Positions 29,852 through 40,971 of a stretch of DNA of 64,000 nucleotides are shown here, one piece after another; the stretch's first letter is position 1; each line of letters starts with the position of its first letter. Source of the DNA: a candidate division FCPU426 bacterium (GTDB taxonomy: Bacteria; Oederibacteriota; Muellerivitia; Muellerivitales; Muellerivitaceae); the NCBI GenBank assembly GCA_963847625.1, contig CAWKAR010000019.1, positions 1-64,000 of the forward strand. The letters are read 5' to 3'. The notes beneath the pieces are model-generated. The model saw only the letters and a program-made list of their open reading frames with translations, searched no databases and had not been told where the DNA came from. The position numbers were made by a program, and so were the translations under genes.

Positions 29852-30808
29852 TTAGAAATAAAAATCGAGAGCGAAATGATGGTTTGCACCCAAAATGCCA
29901 TCATTTGTCCAGGCGTAATCCAAACCCACGTAATTTTTAAAAGCAGGAATTTTTACTCCAGCTCCTAGAAATAAACCGGCTACCGCTCCAATCCCGACTT
30001 GATTTTGGTCGAAGGAACCCTGGAAAATATATCCAAAACGGCCCACCAAGGTGTCTTTATACCAATACTCTCCCCCCAAATTCGCGGAAATGGCGTTATC
30101 GTTCGGAAAGTTCATGTCATAGGCCACGGTAAAATTATTCTCAAACATCTTATATGCGACGCCGATCTTAAAATTAAAAGGCAATGGATCAGCCTGTTGG
30201 TCGAACTTCAAAGCGGGAGCCATGTTTTGAATATTAAATCCAGCCGTTAAGTTTTTAACGGGCGTACGGTATAAAAGCCCAAGATCCACCGCGAAATCTG
30301 TGCCGGTTTTCAAAGATACAAGCTGTTCCGAAATATACTTTGCCGTAAGGCCAATATCCACGTTGTAACTAACCCGATAGGCCCCAGCGATATCAATATC
30401 CATGTAATTTTCCCCGACGCTTTGACCGGTAGGGTCTCCTAAATAGTTGTAAGCCGGATCAGTACCGGTTCCAATGAATTTACCCCCAATACCAAAAGCG
30501 GCGTCATTGCCCAACTTTGTTCCCAAGGCAACAAATTCATAACGAACGGTGTCAATGTAAACGTCATATTCAGCGGTTATATGTGTCCCTCCGAGTTGAT
30601 TCAAGCCTGCCGGGTTCCAATAAATGGCGTTTGCGTCATCCGCAACGGCTACGAAGGCCTGACCCATGGCAATTGCCCTGGCGCCCACCGGTATCTTGAG
30701 AGCGACCGCGCCTGTTGTTCCTGGCCCTCCTGCAAAAAGGGTTTGAAAACCAGCAATTATGATAAAAAACAATGAAAAACTTAAAGTTCTGAGATATAGG
30801 CTTTTCAC
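29852..30808 (-). CDS. PorV/PorQ-like (UPF0164-type) outer-membrane beta-barrel
   Basis: Signal peptide; LKIPVGARAIAMGQAFVAVADDANAIYWNPAGL; alternating beta-strands; terminal Phe. Confidence 0.8.
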   Translation of the reverse strand: MKSLYLRTLSFSLFFIIIAGFQTLFAGGPGTTGAVALKIPVGARAIAMGQAFVAVADDANAIYWNPAGLNQLGGTHITAEYDVYIDTVRYEFVALGTKLGNDAAFGIGGKFIGTGTDPAYNYLGDPTGQSVGENYMDIDIAGAYRVSYNVDIGLTAKYISEQLVSLKTGTDFAVDLGLLYRTPVKNLTAGFNIQNMAPALKFDQQADPLPFNFKIGVAYKMFENNFTVAYDMNFPNDNAISANLGGEYWYKDTLVGRFGYIFQGSFDQNQVGIGAVAGLFLGAGVKIPAFKNYVGLDYAWTNDGILGANHHFALDFYF

Positions 30809-30861
30809 CTGGAGAACTCCTTGATATTTTTAAAAATTATATCTCTTATTCTCATTGAACG

Positions 30862-33741
30862 TCAACGTGGATTTCCTGAAGGGATAACCATTCTTTCACT
30901 GGTTCGCAAGCGGTTTTGGTCCTTTTTAATCTTTTTAGTGAGGACTAAACCGGTTTGGGATCTGAGGTTTTCCATCACTTGGTTTACCGTGCCTGAAGCT
31001 ACTACCATTCCGCCTTCATCCCCACCTTCAGGACCCAGATCAAGGATGTAATCGGCTGTTTTAATTACATCCAGATTGTGTTCAATGATTAAAACCGTGT
31101 TTCCAGCCTCAACTAAACGTTTCAAGATTGAAATAAGATGGTGAACATCCGCAAAGTGAAGACCCGTGGTCGGTTCATCCAATATATATAAAGTTCGACC
31201 TGTACTGCGTTTTCCAAGCTCAGTGGAAAGTTTGACTCTTTGGGCTTCTCCTCCGGATAGAGTGGTTGCAGGCTGGCCTAGTTTGATATAACCCAAGCCG
31301 ACATCTCTCAATGTTTCCAAAATCCTCCTAATTTTTGGTATGGGCGCAAAAAAACTTAAGGATTCTTCAACACTAAGTTCGAGAATTTCTGAAATATTTT
31401 TCCCTTTATAAAGGATTTCCAGAGTCTCTCGGTCATACCGTTTTCCCTTGCACACTTCGCAAGGAACGAAAACATCGGGTAAAAAATGCATTTCAATCTT
31501 TATGACTCCATCCCCTTCGCAAGCCTCGCAGCGGCCGCCCTTCACATTGAAGCTGAAGCGGCCTTCCTTATATCCCCTGGCCTTGGATTCCGGCAAATGG
31601 GCAAATAAGTCTCGAACATGTGTGAATAAACCGGTATAAGTTGCGGAATTGGACCGAGGCGTGCGTCCAATTGGGGTTTGATCTATTACCACAACTTTAT
31701 CGAGTTTTTCAAACCCCTCCAAAGTTTCATAACCTTCCGGCTTGACCCGAAGATGGTAAAGCTTATGCATTAATGCCGGATAGAGTGTTTCCATTACTAA
31801 GGTACTCTTGCCGGAGCCGGAAACACCCGTTACCGCGTTTAAGCCTCCGAGAGGAAATTTAATTGTAATATTTTTAAGGTTGTTTTTCGTGGCGCCCTTT
31901 AAAGTCAAATAATGCTCGAACTTTTTTTCAGGTCCCAGATTGGGAATAATGAATTTTTGCCCTGAAAGATATTGGGCTGTGATGGAATTCTTACAGCTGA
32001 GAATGTGTTCCAAATTCCCAGAAGCTACCACCTCTCCGCCTGCCAAACCGGCTCCCAAACCCATATCGATGAGATAATCAGCTGATTCAATGGTATCCTC
32101 ATCGTGTTCAACCACAATCACTGAATTTCCGATGTCTTTTAAATGTCGTAATGCGGAAAGTAAACGCTCGTTATCCCTTTGATGGAGTCCGATGGAGGGT
32201 TCGTCTAGGATATAAAGCACCCCCACAAGAGCGCTCCCAATTTGAGTGGCCAAATGGATTCTTTGGGCCTCCCCACCGGAAAGGGAGGAAGTCATCCTTT
32301 CCAATGTCAGGTAATCCAAACCAACATTTTTCAAAAATCTTAATCGGGCAAGGATTTCCTTAAGAATTTGTCCGCCGACCATCCTGGATTTTTCGTCCAA
32401 TTTCAATTTCTCAAAAAACTCCAGGCATTTTTTAACCGAAAATCGGGTGATCTCGATAATATTTTTATTTTGAATTGTGACAGCCAGGCTTTCCGGTTTT
32501 AAACGAGTCCCCTGACAGGCGCGGCAGGGTTTACTGATTAAGTATTTTTCAATATCGTCTTGGATGGATTCAGAATCCGTTTCACGATACCGTCTTTCCA
32601 AGCTCGGGATAACCCCCTCGAAAGTGCCCCAATATCTTTGACGGTAATTTCCTTTTTGTATTTTAAATTCTATTTCCTCTTCTGTACCATACAGGATAGC
32701 TTCCTGTACTTTTCGTGTCATCTTTTTGAACGGGACTGTCATACTGACGCCAAAGTGATTGCAGACTCCTTCAAGAAGATTTTGGTAGTAAACCGCTTTG
32801 GGTGAATGATAGGGATCCACAGCCCCTTCGTTGATGGACTTTTCCGGATCGATGACCAATGACTCATCCGCTTCCATTTTGAAACCCATCCCCGTGCAGG
32901 CAGGACAGGCTCCATGGGGATTATTAAAGGAAAAATTTCTTGGAGCCGGTTCCTCAACGCTAAGACCACAATGGACACATGCGTAATGTTCGGAAAAAAG
33001 GTGTTCCTCTCTTTCGGAAGATGTTCCTTGAATGATCTTGACTACACCCCCTCCATACTTCAATGCCGTCTCAAGGGAATCAGCAAGTCGTTTTTTGACT
33101 TCGGGTTTCAATACCAAGCGATCAATGACTACTTCAATATCATGTTTTTTATTTTTTTCTAAAGGGATGTCTTCTTCCAGTTCAAAAATTCGACCGTCCA
33201 CGCGGACTCTGACAAAACCGTCTTTCCGGATTTGGTCAAAGTTCTTTTTGTATTCACCCTTCCGGCTTGAAACAATGGGAGCTAGGATGCTTAATTTAAC
33301 GCCTGGTGGAAGTGAAAATACTTGATCCACGATCTGTTGAACCGTCTGACGGCTGATCGGCCGTCCACAATGCGTGCAATGAGGAATACCAATACTGGCA
33401 AACAATAATCGAAGATAGTCATATATTTCCGTGGTCGTCCCGACAGTTGAACGTGGATTTTTACCTCCGGATTTTTGTTGGATAGCCACTGCGGGTGAAA
33501 GTCCTTCAATTAAATCCACATCCGGTTTTTCCATTATGCCCAGGAATTGCCTGGCGTAAGAGGATAGTGATTCGACATAACGTCTTTGGCCTTCAGCGTA
33601 AAGGGTATCGAAAGCCAGGGAAGATTTTCCGGAACCCGAAACCCCGGTTATGACCACCAATTCATCCCGGGGAATATCTACCGAAATGTTTTTAAGGTTA
33701 TGTTCTCTTGCGCCGCGAACAATGATTGTATTTTTTTTCAT
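30862..33741 (-). CDS. uvrA: Excinuclease ABC subunit A
   Basis: [10 protein letters not shown], two Walker A (GVSGSGKS), LSGGEAQR twice, zinc fingers. Confidence 0.98.
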   Translation of the reverse strand: MKKNTIIVRGAREHNLKNISVDIPRDELVVITGVSGSGKSSLAFDTLYAEGQRRYVESLSSYARQFLGIMEKPDVDLIEGLSPAVAIQQKSGGKNPRSTVGTTTEIYDYLRLLFASIGIPHCTHCGRPISRQTVQQIVDQVFSLPPGVKLSILAPIVSSRKGEYKKNFDQIRKDGFVRVRVDGRIFELEEDIPLEKNKKHDIEVVIDRLVLKPEVKKRLADSLETALKYGGGVVKIIQGTSSEREEHLFSEHYACVHCGLSVEEPAPRNFSFNNPHGACPACTGMGFKMEADESLVIDPEKSINEGAVDPYHSPKAVYYQNLLEGVCNHFGVSMTVPFKKMTRKVQEAILYGTEEEIEFKIQKGNYRQRYWGTFEGVIPSLERRYRETDSESIQDDIEKYLISKPCRACQGTRLKPESLAVTIQNKNIIEITRFSVKKCLEFFEKLKLDEKSRMVGGQILKEILARLRFLKNVGLDYLTLERMTSSLSGGEAQRIHLATQIGSALVGVLYILDEPSIGLHQRDNERLLSALRHLKDIGNSVIVVEHDEDTIESADYLIDMGLGAGLAGGEVVASGNLEHILSCKNSITAQYLSGQKFIIPNLGPEKKFEHYLTLKGATKNNLKNITIKFPLGGLNAVTGVSGSGKSTLVMETLYPALMHKLYHLRVKPEGYETLEGFEKLDKVVVIDQTPIGRTPRSNSATYTGLFTHVRDLFAHLPESKARGYKEGRFSFNVKGGRCEACEGDGVIKIEMHFLPDVFVPCEVCKGKRYDRETLEILYKGKNISEILELSVEESLSFFAPIPKIRRILETLRDVGLGYIKLGQPATTLSGGEAQRVKLSTELGKRSTGRTLYILDEPTTGLHFADVHHLISILKRLVEAGNTVLIIEHNLDVIKTADYILDLGPEGGDEGGMVVASGTVNQVMENLRSQTGLVLTKKIKKDQNRLRTSERMVIPSGNPR

Positions 33742-33979
33742 GGATCATCCGAGAGCTGATTAAAAAGCAAAGGAATATTATGATCTTATCCCGGCCGTTT
33801 TTTCCACCCATCAGCATCTTTTTAAATACAATGGTCACTGAAAAGAAGAAAGGTTGCATTCCCGACTTCGTTTTTACACCCACAAAACCTTTGTTTTAAG
33901 CCTTTTCCTGGGGGGAAATTCTCATGCCAGCTGAATAATTTACCAAGTTTATTAAACTCTCGCCGAAAGGTTACAAGAA

Positions 33980-36079
33980 TTATTGGAATTGGCTTGCAGC
34001 TCCAGTTAAACCTTGATTCCGCATGCTGTTTATTTGTTGGATTTGTTGGGCTGAAACTGAAATGGGTCTTCCCGGGAAGGCTTTCAAGTTGAGGGTAAAA
34101 TACAATTGTTTTCCAGCATTGGGGTCCTCGGTATAGCTGAGTTGAGCCTCCCAATCATGCAAATCCCTATATATGCTTAAGGAGCGGGTTATGTATTTTG
34201 CATTGGTAAGGTCATAATTTTCTATCAATGCAAGCCGGTAGTTCGTGAAAAAAGCAAAATCCACTTCTCCACCGACTTGGAATGTTGGAAGAGCTCCGGA
34301 AGAAACATAACCGGTATTGCTAACGTTGGGATCCACGTAATTACCGTTAATTGTAAATCGCCACATATCACGGGGGCTCCTTAAGTTCAATACCGAGTTC
34401 ACGTCTTTCACAGCGTTGTCACGAACTGAATAATCCATAATGGCGAGATAATCGTAAAGTGTTGAAGGGGTTAAATAGATTTCCTGGCGCAGATAAGAAA
34501 GGCGGGAGGCTTCGGTAGCCACCTGGATGTTAAAATCATAGGACGAACTAGAGCGTATGCGAAACAGGCTTCCACCAGTAAATTCCAATGAACCCGTCAA
34601 GAGATTGGATGTGATCCCATGGGGCGGGTCGGTTGAACGCACATTATCGAGTTTCTGCGCAAAGGTATACCCTAAAGTTGAGGTGGCATATTCCGTCCAC
34701 CTTCCCGTCCATGTATTAGTAGCGTTTACTGTATGAGTTTCGCCCGAATTGGTTCCTGACACATCGGGCCGATCCTGGAAATTTTCATTCATCGCCACTC
34801 GTGAGAATAGGGTTTGGGTTTTATATAGTTGGACGCTTTGCCCCACGCCCAACTCTCCTGTCAAGTGGTCCACATAATAACCATCATTTAATGTATAGGT
34901 ATGGTCCCCCGCCAAGCTCAAATCCCATTTCAACCAATTACTCCCGATCAGGCGCTGTGGAAAAAGATTAAAATTGAATTGCGGAAGATTCTGCAGACTA
35001 CGAGTAAAATTGGTTTCGTTGGGGTCGTTAATCGTAAAATCGGGGTTTTCCTGGCGTCTGATCAGAAAACTAAACGTGTATTGGAGGCGGGTTAAAGTCG
35101 CCGAAAGGTCATATTCACGATACGTTGAAACCAAGCTCGGATCCCGCCGGGCAACTGAATAATCTTCGCTGAACAGCCCATCCTCCGGGTAGTCCACTTC
35201 CAACCGGCCTTGAAAGTTGGAAGAAAATGCCCATAGTCCCCTGGCCCTTGATTCCCAACGGAATCGGTGTGTGTCTTTTTCCTCTATTCCATATCCGTAA
35301 AGCGACAAGGCGGAATAATCATTTAAACCCAGTTCATGTCTTACGCCCAAGCCGAGTCCTTTTTTAAAAAAATAATCCGCATAGAGGGCGCCATAGCTGG
35401 TTGGATTAAAAAGATAACTTGCCGTATAAAGAAGGTAATTACCGAGGTAGTCCGTTTGACCAGTAGAAATGGAAAAAGGGGTCTTCAAATCATGGATGGT
35501 TCTCACAAAAAACGGAAAATAAAAAACGGGTACTTTCCCGATATAAAGCACCACATTTTCCGCCACTAAATAATCACCCGAATATATGGTGATCTTTCCC
35601 GCTTTCATGTAAAAGTGTTGATAACCTTCCGGGTAATCACAAGTGGTGGTCACCGCATCCTTGATAATTATTTTTTGGTCCTTAATATCGATTTCCGATC
35701 CTGTGCTGATCCAAGGTGGTGAAGTGGTTTTAATGTTAAAGGCCTTTCCTTCCTTGGTCTTCAGGTTGTAACTTAAACTTTTGGCCTCGATTTCATCGCT
35801 TACATTCTGCCAAACTACATGACCCGTAGCTTCCACCTCTTGTGCGGTCACGTCATAACGAATACTGTCAGCATATAAATTTACAGTGTCCTGCTGGATA
35901 TGGACCTGTCCTTTTGCCATAACGATATTCTGATCCCTCAGATACTCAATAGTATCCGCTTGCAAACGCACTTGGCCATTGAGGGAAAAAGTTAATTCAG
36001 CGTTAAGAACATAAGGATAGGTTATCCAAACCCATAATAATAAACCCGACCTGAAAAATATTTTTTTAAGGAAATTCAT
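33980..36079 (-). CDS. lptD: LptD-like LPS-assembly outer-membrane protein (start reassigned to MNFLKK, overlapping the lptF stop)
   Basis: N-terminal OstA-like jellyroll (LQADTIEY..AKGQVHI..LYADSI), TTC, LYIGKVPVFYFP, C-terminal RDLHDWE; adjacent to LptF/G. Confidence 0.7.
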   Translation of the reverse strand: MNFLKKIFFRSGLLLWVWITYPYVLNAELTFSLNGQVRLQADTIEYLRDQNIVMAKGQVHIQQDTVNLYADSIRYDVTAQEVEATGHVVWQNVSDEIEAKSLSYNLKTKEGKAFNIKTTSPPWISTGSEIDIKDQKIIIKDAVTTTCDYPEGYQHFYMKAGKITIYSGDYLVAENVVLYIGKVPVFYFPFFVRTIHDLKTPFSISTGQTDYLGNYLLYTASYLFNPTSYGALYADYFFKKGLGLGVRHELGLNDYSALSLYGYGIEEKDTHRFRWESRARGLWAFSSNFQGRLEVDYPEDGLFSEDYSVARRDPSLVSTYREYDLSATLTRLQYTFSFLIRRQENPDFTINDPNETNFTRSLQNLPQFNFNLFPQRLIGSNWLKWDLSLAGDHTYTLNDGYYVDHLTGELGVGQSVQLYKTQTLFSRVAMNENFQDRPDVSGTNSGETHTVNATNTWTGRWTEYATSTLGYTFAQKLDNVRSTDPPHGITSNLLTGSLEFTGGSLFRIRSSSSYDFNIQVATEASRLSYLRQEIYLTPSTLYDYLAIMDYSVRDNAVKDVNSVLNLRSPRDMWRFTINGNYVDPNVSNTGYVSSGALPTFQVGGEVDFAFFTNYRLALIENYDLTNAKYITRSLSIYRDLHDWEAQLSYTEDPNAGKQLYFTLNLKAFPGRPISVSAQQIQQINSMRNQGLTGAASQFQ

Positions 36080-37269
36080 TTGTTTGGAATAAATCCCTTG
36101 GGAATGGAGTCGTTTCTGTTTAGACGTAGGGTAATCCGTAACCAGTTCCAAAAATCATGTTTATGGTTCAACCAATAAGCCATCCCGAAACCGACCAAGA
36201 TTAAGAAAAAATTAGGCATCCACATAGCCATAAAGGGGGAAATGATACCCATAGGCCCCCCGGTATCTCCATAAATAATGAAACAGTCATAAAGCGCTGC
36301 CAACAAAACCGCCAAAACAGGCCCAAGAAATGACCCGGCCCTGGTCATGAGTCCCAAAGGTATTCCGATAAACGCAAACGCTAGTGTCGAAAAGGGCAGG
36401 GAAAATTTTTTATGAAATTCCGTTTCATCGTACCGTGTGTCTTGTTTATCCTTTTTTTCTTGTTTTATTTTAATGGCTAATTCCTTTAAGGAAATATTAC
36501 GAGAATTACTTAAATCCATGGGCCCTGGATTAATTTTCTTAGAGCTCAAATCTAAAGAGCAGTTATTAAATTCCAATTGAAACAAATTGTTTAAGGTCAG
36601 GTCCCGTTTGGTGCCCAATTGCTGAATAATTCCGTTCTGGAGTTCCAATATGACATGGTAATTTTGAGGATCTTGCCTGAGAAAACCTTGTTTTCCAAGG
36701 ATCAAACGGTAAGGATAGCCTTTTTCATCCATTATATAGACGATGATGTTTTTTAAAATATCATGGGAAGTATCCTTTTGGTCCACGAATAGAATATAAC
36801 CGTCAAAATCTTTTATAAAAACCCTCTCCCGAACCAATATAGATGATCTTTCCGTGAGAATCTTAGCTTGAAGTTTCACGAAAGAAATGTTTCCCCAAGG
36901 CAAAACGGTATCCATAAAAACCACCATAAAAAAACTCATGAGAAAAGATAAGACAATTATGGGCCAAATCACAATCCACAGGGAAAATCCGCAAGATTCG
37001 ATCGCCAATGATTCCCTATCTGCACTTAATCGTCCATAAACAACCAAAAGTGCCGTTAAAAAACCAATAGGAATGGCAAGAACCAGAAAACTAGGTTGTA
37101 TGTAAATAAGAAGTAAAAAAGAATTCAAAATCCCAGCATGGTAAATCAGTAGATAACCTAAAAATTCCCTTAAATAATAAAGCAGGTTAAATATGAAAAG
37201 TGCGCATCCTGTCGAAAGGAAAAAAGGAGGCCCAAGAGACCCTAAACAGTATCGAAGTAATATAGGCAC
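36076..37269 (-). CDS. LptF/LptG family LPS export permease
   Basis: LLRY, LAIPIGFL..YGRLSADRE, EFHKKFSLPF..IGIPLG, AMWMPN. Confidence 0.9.
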   Translation of the reverse strand: MPILLRYCLGSLGPPFFLSTGCALFIFNLLYYLREFLGYLLIYHAGILNSFLLLIYIQPSFLVLAIPIGFLTALLVVYGRLSADRESLAIESCGFSLWIVIWPIIVLSFLMSFFMVVFMDTVLPWGNISFVKLQAKILTERSSILVRERVFIKDFDGYILFVDQKDTSHDILKNIIVYIMDEKGYPYRLILGKQGFLRQDPQNYHVILELQNGIIQQLGTKRDLTLNNLFQLEFNNCSLDLSSKKINPGPMDLSNSRNISLKELAIKIKQEKKDKQDTRYDETEFHKKFSLPFSTLAFAFIGIPLGLMTRAGSFLGPVLAVLLAALYDCFIIYGDTGGPMGIISPFMAMWMPNFFLILVGFGMAYWLNHKHDFWNWLRITLRLNRNDSIPKGFIPNK

Positions 37270-37459
37270 TGAACCTGTCCTTAAGGGTTAATAAAACTAA
37301 ACTGGGGGGAAATGGTTTGGATTCAACCAATCCTCCAAGATTGAACGGATTATTATAACCTAACCCTTTGTCAGAGTTGGATTAGCCTTCCATTTGAGGC
37401 AATTTTTGGGGGTGAGTTTCAAGGAATAATTTTAGGGAGCTGAAACAGAATTGAGTATG

Positions 37460-38899
37460 TTATTTACTTCCCGTGGCAGGAAGGGCTGGTAAATCCAAAT
37501 CTGAGGAACCAGTAACAGCTGAAGATCCATTATTGGGAATAGAAGGTGGATTCATCTCCTCCAATGGAGGAATCCCTTGGGAAGAGGTTGAGTTTAAAGG
37601 TGGCAATAAAGGAGTGTTGTTGTCCGAAGGCAAAACAACGTTGTTATTTTTGGAAATCGGCTGCGCTGGCAAAGGCGTGTTTGATTGGGGCAATGGAATG
37701 TTGGAAGGTTGAGAATTATTAGAACCAGTCGAGTTATTGGTTGAATTCGGCAATTCAGGGAGAAGAAGGGGAGTTGAATTGGGTGGTACGTTGTTTGCCG
37801 TCCCCGGAAGGGGTGGAATATTATTATCATTTCCTTGCGGTAAGGGCTCTCCCACAGGTGAAGAAACTTTTTCAGTTGGCAGGGGAGGAATATCAAGTGA
37901 ACTGCCTTTCGCGGATGAAGTGTTGTTTTGTTCGGGCAGGGGAGGAATTCCTCCGTTATTTTCGTTCGTCGTAGTCGGCAGAGCCGGAATTTCATCGCCA
38001 TTTGATGGTGGAGGTCCGACAGGTTGTAATCCTGAATTATTACTTTCAGGAAAAGCTGGAAGTCCTTGGTTGTTTTCAGTTGAAGAATTAAGGGTAGGAA
38101 ATTCATTATTGCCAGCTGACGCGGGGCCAACAGGTTGCAACGATGAACTATTATCCATAGGAAGAGGCGGCAACCCGCTGTTGTTGGAGCCATTTTCCAA
38201 AGGAACCGGATTGCCGGTTGAGGCGACTCCGTTTTCAGGCAATGCCGGCAACTCGTTGGCGGATACGGTTGAGCTTGTCCCGGGCAAGGGAGGAAGATTA
38301 TTAGATGAAGCAGCAGTGGTATTACCAGGCAAGGGAGGCATGGAAGAAGGACTTACCATTGAAGCTGGCGCTGAAGTGGCAATAGCGGGAGGTGCAGGCT
38401 TCTTTTTCGCAGCAAAGTTTTTATGAAAACGCGCCATATCAGGTTCAAATAAAAGATTAGCCGGAAGGCTTCTTTTTATTTCATCCGTAACTTTTTCCGC
38501 AATCAAGTTATCAGAAGGATCTACGGTTAACTCCATAAATTCAAAAGTTGAAGTGTAACGCTGAACTTCACTCACTTTCATAAAACCAATAGGATCTCCC
38601 TTGGGAGTAAAGAGGGCAAAGACATCGCCCTTATTGACGCCGGCCAAGCTACCTTTGTCGATATAGTTCCCACTATATTGTTTTCCGGGAGTGCCTCTCA
38701 GGGCGATTACTTGCGCCCCAAGAAAAGGACGATTGAGATGGTGACTAAACAGATTTCGTAATAATTTTTTAGTTTTTTGTGAATAGGGTAAATCTCCACC
38801 AGTGGAAGGCCCAAGCCCGTATATGGCATCTGAAACCGATGGATATAAACTGATTCCGAAAAACAAAACCAGAAACCAAGGGAGTGAACGGAATTTCAT
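37460..38899 (-). CDS. Exported protein with a small FlgT-C-like beta domain and a long Pro/Asn/Ser-rich tail carrying repeated [LIM]P[PA]LP motifs
   Basis: Signal peptide MKFRSL...; YIDKGSLAGVNKGDVF..IGFMKVSEV; low-complexity C-terminal ~300 aa. Confidence 0.6.
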   Translation of the reverse strand: MKFRSLPWFLVLFFGISLYPSVSDAIYGLGPSTGGDLPYSQKTKKLLRNLFSHHLNRPFLGAQVIALRGTPGKQYSGNYIDKGSLAGVNKGDVFALFTPKGDPIGFMKVSEVQRYTSTFEFMELTVDPSDNLIAEKVTDEIKRSLPANLLFEPDMARFHKNFAAKKKPAPPAIATSAPASMVSPSSMPPLPGNTTAASSNNLPPLPGTSSTVSANELPALPENGVASTGNPVPLENGSNNSGLPPLPMDNSSSLQPVGPASAGNNEFPTLNSSTENNQGLPAFPESNNSGLQPVGPPPSNGDEIPALPTTTNENNGGIPPLPEQNNTSSAKGSSLDIPPLPTEKVSSPVGEPLPQGNDNNIPPLPGTANNVPPNSTPLLLPELPNSTNNSTGSNNSQPSNIPLPQSNTPLPAQPISKNNNVVLPSDNNTPLLPPLNSTSSQGIPPLEEMNPPSIPNNGSSAVTGSSDLDLPALPATGSK

Positions 38900-38963
38900 G
38901 AAGACCTCGGAAAAGGTTAGATTAAATTCTGAAAACTCAACATGCTTATAATAATCAAAAAAC

Positions 38964-39004
38964 AAAAAAAGAGGGGATTTTTTTATGAAAAATCCCCTCT
39001 TTTG
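38964..39004. terminator. Intrinsic terminator (potentially bidirectional) after the PorV-like gene
   Basis: AAAAGAGGGGATTTTT / AAAAATCCCCTCTTTT inverted repeat with A/T tails. Confidence 0.8.
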
Positions 39005-39024
39005 CTTAACGGTTTTAATAAACT

Positions 39025-40023
39025 TTACAGGCGGGTGATAAGGGAAATGTAGTTAAGACTGCCTATTGAATTACTCACAAAAGCATAATCTACTTCGAAC
39101 AGATAAGCCCAAATGCCAACTCCTGCGGAAGGGGTAAAGGAATCATTGTCAAACTGTAATCCTTTTGTTTCAAACCCTCCCCGAATAGCCACAAATTGGC
39201 GATACCAGTATTCCACGCCAAAATGGTAATTATTAAGAGCTGGGGTGCCCTTCGGTGCGCTGCCCGGAACAAACATGTAAAGTGAATCGACATCCAAGTC
39301 CACAGACAAAGTACTCATCGGGACTGCTGTATTGTTTGATTGTTGGCGTTTGCCTAATTCTTGGATATAGGAAAGGCCCAAAGTCAAGGAAGGTTGCAAA
39401 ACCTGAGTGGGATTCGTAGTGGTTCCCTGCCAAGTAACATAAGACCCACCTGTTATATCCCGCCCTACTAAAGCAATGGTAAATTCTTTTACGGGTTTGT
39501 ACATTAATCCCAAGTCGGATCCTATACCGAAAGCGGAAGCTGTATAGGCATCCGTTTTCAAAAATTTAATGGTTCCACCTAAAACAAACTGTTTGCCGAT
39601 CTTCCAACCCCCGGATAAAAAACCGAACTGGTCAACGTAAGAAGTGGTTCCCGTGATATCCCCTTGGCCGTTCGTAATATCAATCTTATCCACACCCAAC
39701 CTTCCATAACTGAGGGCGTAAGAACCTGCTGATTGGGTTTTAAAAGCCAAATTGATGAAATCATAACTTTGAAGATTATTTTCCGGGGAATGCATCGTGG
39801 TTATTTCAATATCATCAATCAGTGCCAACCCTGACGGATTATAAAAAGCGGCTGTCGCATCGTTGGCTATAGCAGCAAATGCTCCACCCATTGCCAGAGG
39901 CCTTGCGCCAGCACCCTTGGTTAATACTTCAGCAGTGTAATTAACCGAATCTGCAAGGACGCCCAGAGGGACTAAAAACATCAAAAATAAAAAAAAGAAA
40001 ACCACATTAAGTTTTGAAATCAC
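39025..40023 (-). CDS. Second PorV/PorQ-like (UPF0164-type) outer-membrane beta-barrel
   Basis: Signal peptide; GAGARPLAMGGAFAAIANDATAAFYNPSGLA; GVEYWY..AIRGG; VDYAF. Confidence 0.78.
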   Translation of the reverse strand: MISKLNVVFFFLFLMFLVPLGVLADSVNYTAEVLTKGAGARPLAMGGAFAAIANDATAAFYNPSGLALIDDIEITTMHSPENNLQSYDFINLAFKTQSAGSYALSYGRLGVDKIDITNGQGDITGTTSYVDQFGFLSGGWKIGKQFVLGGTIKFLKTDAYTASAFGIGSDLGLMYKPVKEFTIALVGRDITGGSYVTWQGTTTNPTQVLQPSLTLGLSYIQELGKRQQSNNTAVPMSTLSVDLDVDSLYMFVPGSAPKGTPALNNYHFGVEYWYRQFVAIRGGFETKGLQFDNDSFTPSAGVGIWAYLFEVDYAFVSNSIGSLNYISLITRL

Positions 40024-40688
40024 AGCTTTTCTCCTCTCACAAATACAAATTATTGGGACATCGCTAGCGAAAGTTTAACAATCCAAAATGAAAATTTCAA
40101 CTTTAATAGCTTCCAAAACTTTTTAAAACCTCTTGATAACTTTACGATTTGCCGTTAAATAAAAAAACCTCATTAGCCGGCAAAATTTTTTAAAAAAACT
40201 AAACCCGTTTCTCAATTATCTAGTCAGGCATATCTTAGGTGCATTCTATTCCATCCGTCTTAAATATATTGCCAAAAGGCCTATTTCGGGCCCTAGCCAG
40301 CCTGTTTTTACCCCCAAAATCGCCTACCAGTTTAACCGACCATGTCTCATGTGCCGCATCAAGATCCAGTATCCGACCCACTGTTTTTAAGAAACTCACT
40401 AGCGCCAGTATCATTGGGCTCAGTGGTGGTTGATCATCCTTGATACTTCTAAAAATAGCGTAGCTAACCATCCCTTTCCCCAAAAATTTCTCGGTGATTT
40501 TCGCGATATAAGCCCATCTGAGAAAAATGACTTTCCCTATTTTCACTACCAGATCCATTTCGGAAATCGGGTGAGAAACGTGGAGTTTTATCAAAAAATG
40601 TCGCCATTTTAAAAAAACCCGATTCAAGGATTTTTTCAGCAGTTTCGAATGACTATGTTCTCTATGCGGTTTATGATCGGTCGATTTG

Positions 40689-40718
40689 TTGACAAAAGGT
40701 TTGCCCGGTAGGTATAGT
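40689..40718 (+). promoter_or_regulatory. Candidate sigma70 promoter for the downstream TIGR03663-like gene
   Basis: TTGACA-N18-TATAGT. Confidence 0.5.
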
Positions 40719-40971
40719 TACCTTCGTGTTTTAAACATTTTTAATAATTTCTGGATTATTTATAATTTCTTAAAAACTTATCAATTGCAATGAATTGAGC
40801 CTTTCGTTAATAACTATTTTTCCATGCCCTTATAAACTTTTGTTTTTCGCAAGAATTCAAGTGGTGTATTTTTTATGTACAAATATTGAGAATATAATTT
40901 TGAAAATGTTTTTAGCTTCCGAATGGCGTAGATTTAATCACGAAATTACCTTTTTACTGAAGGAGCGTTGA

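Noticed and set aside
40024..40971. ~950-bp AT-rich intergenic region as replication origin, or 130-aa ORF 40235-40627
   Set aside because: No DnaA-box cluster seen and no recognisable motifs in the ORF; treated as a divergent promoter region
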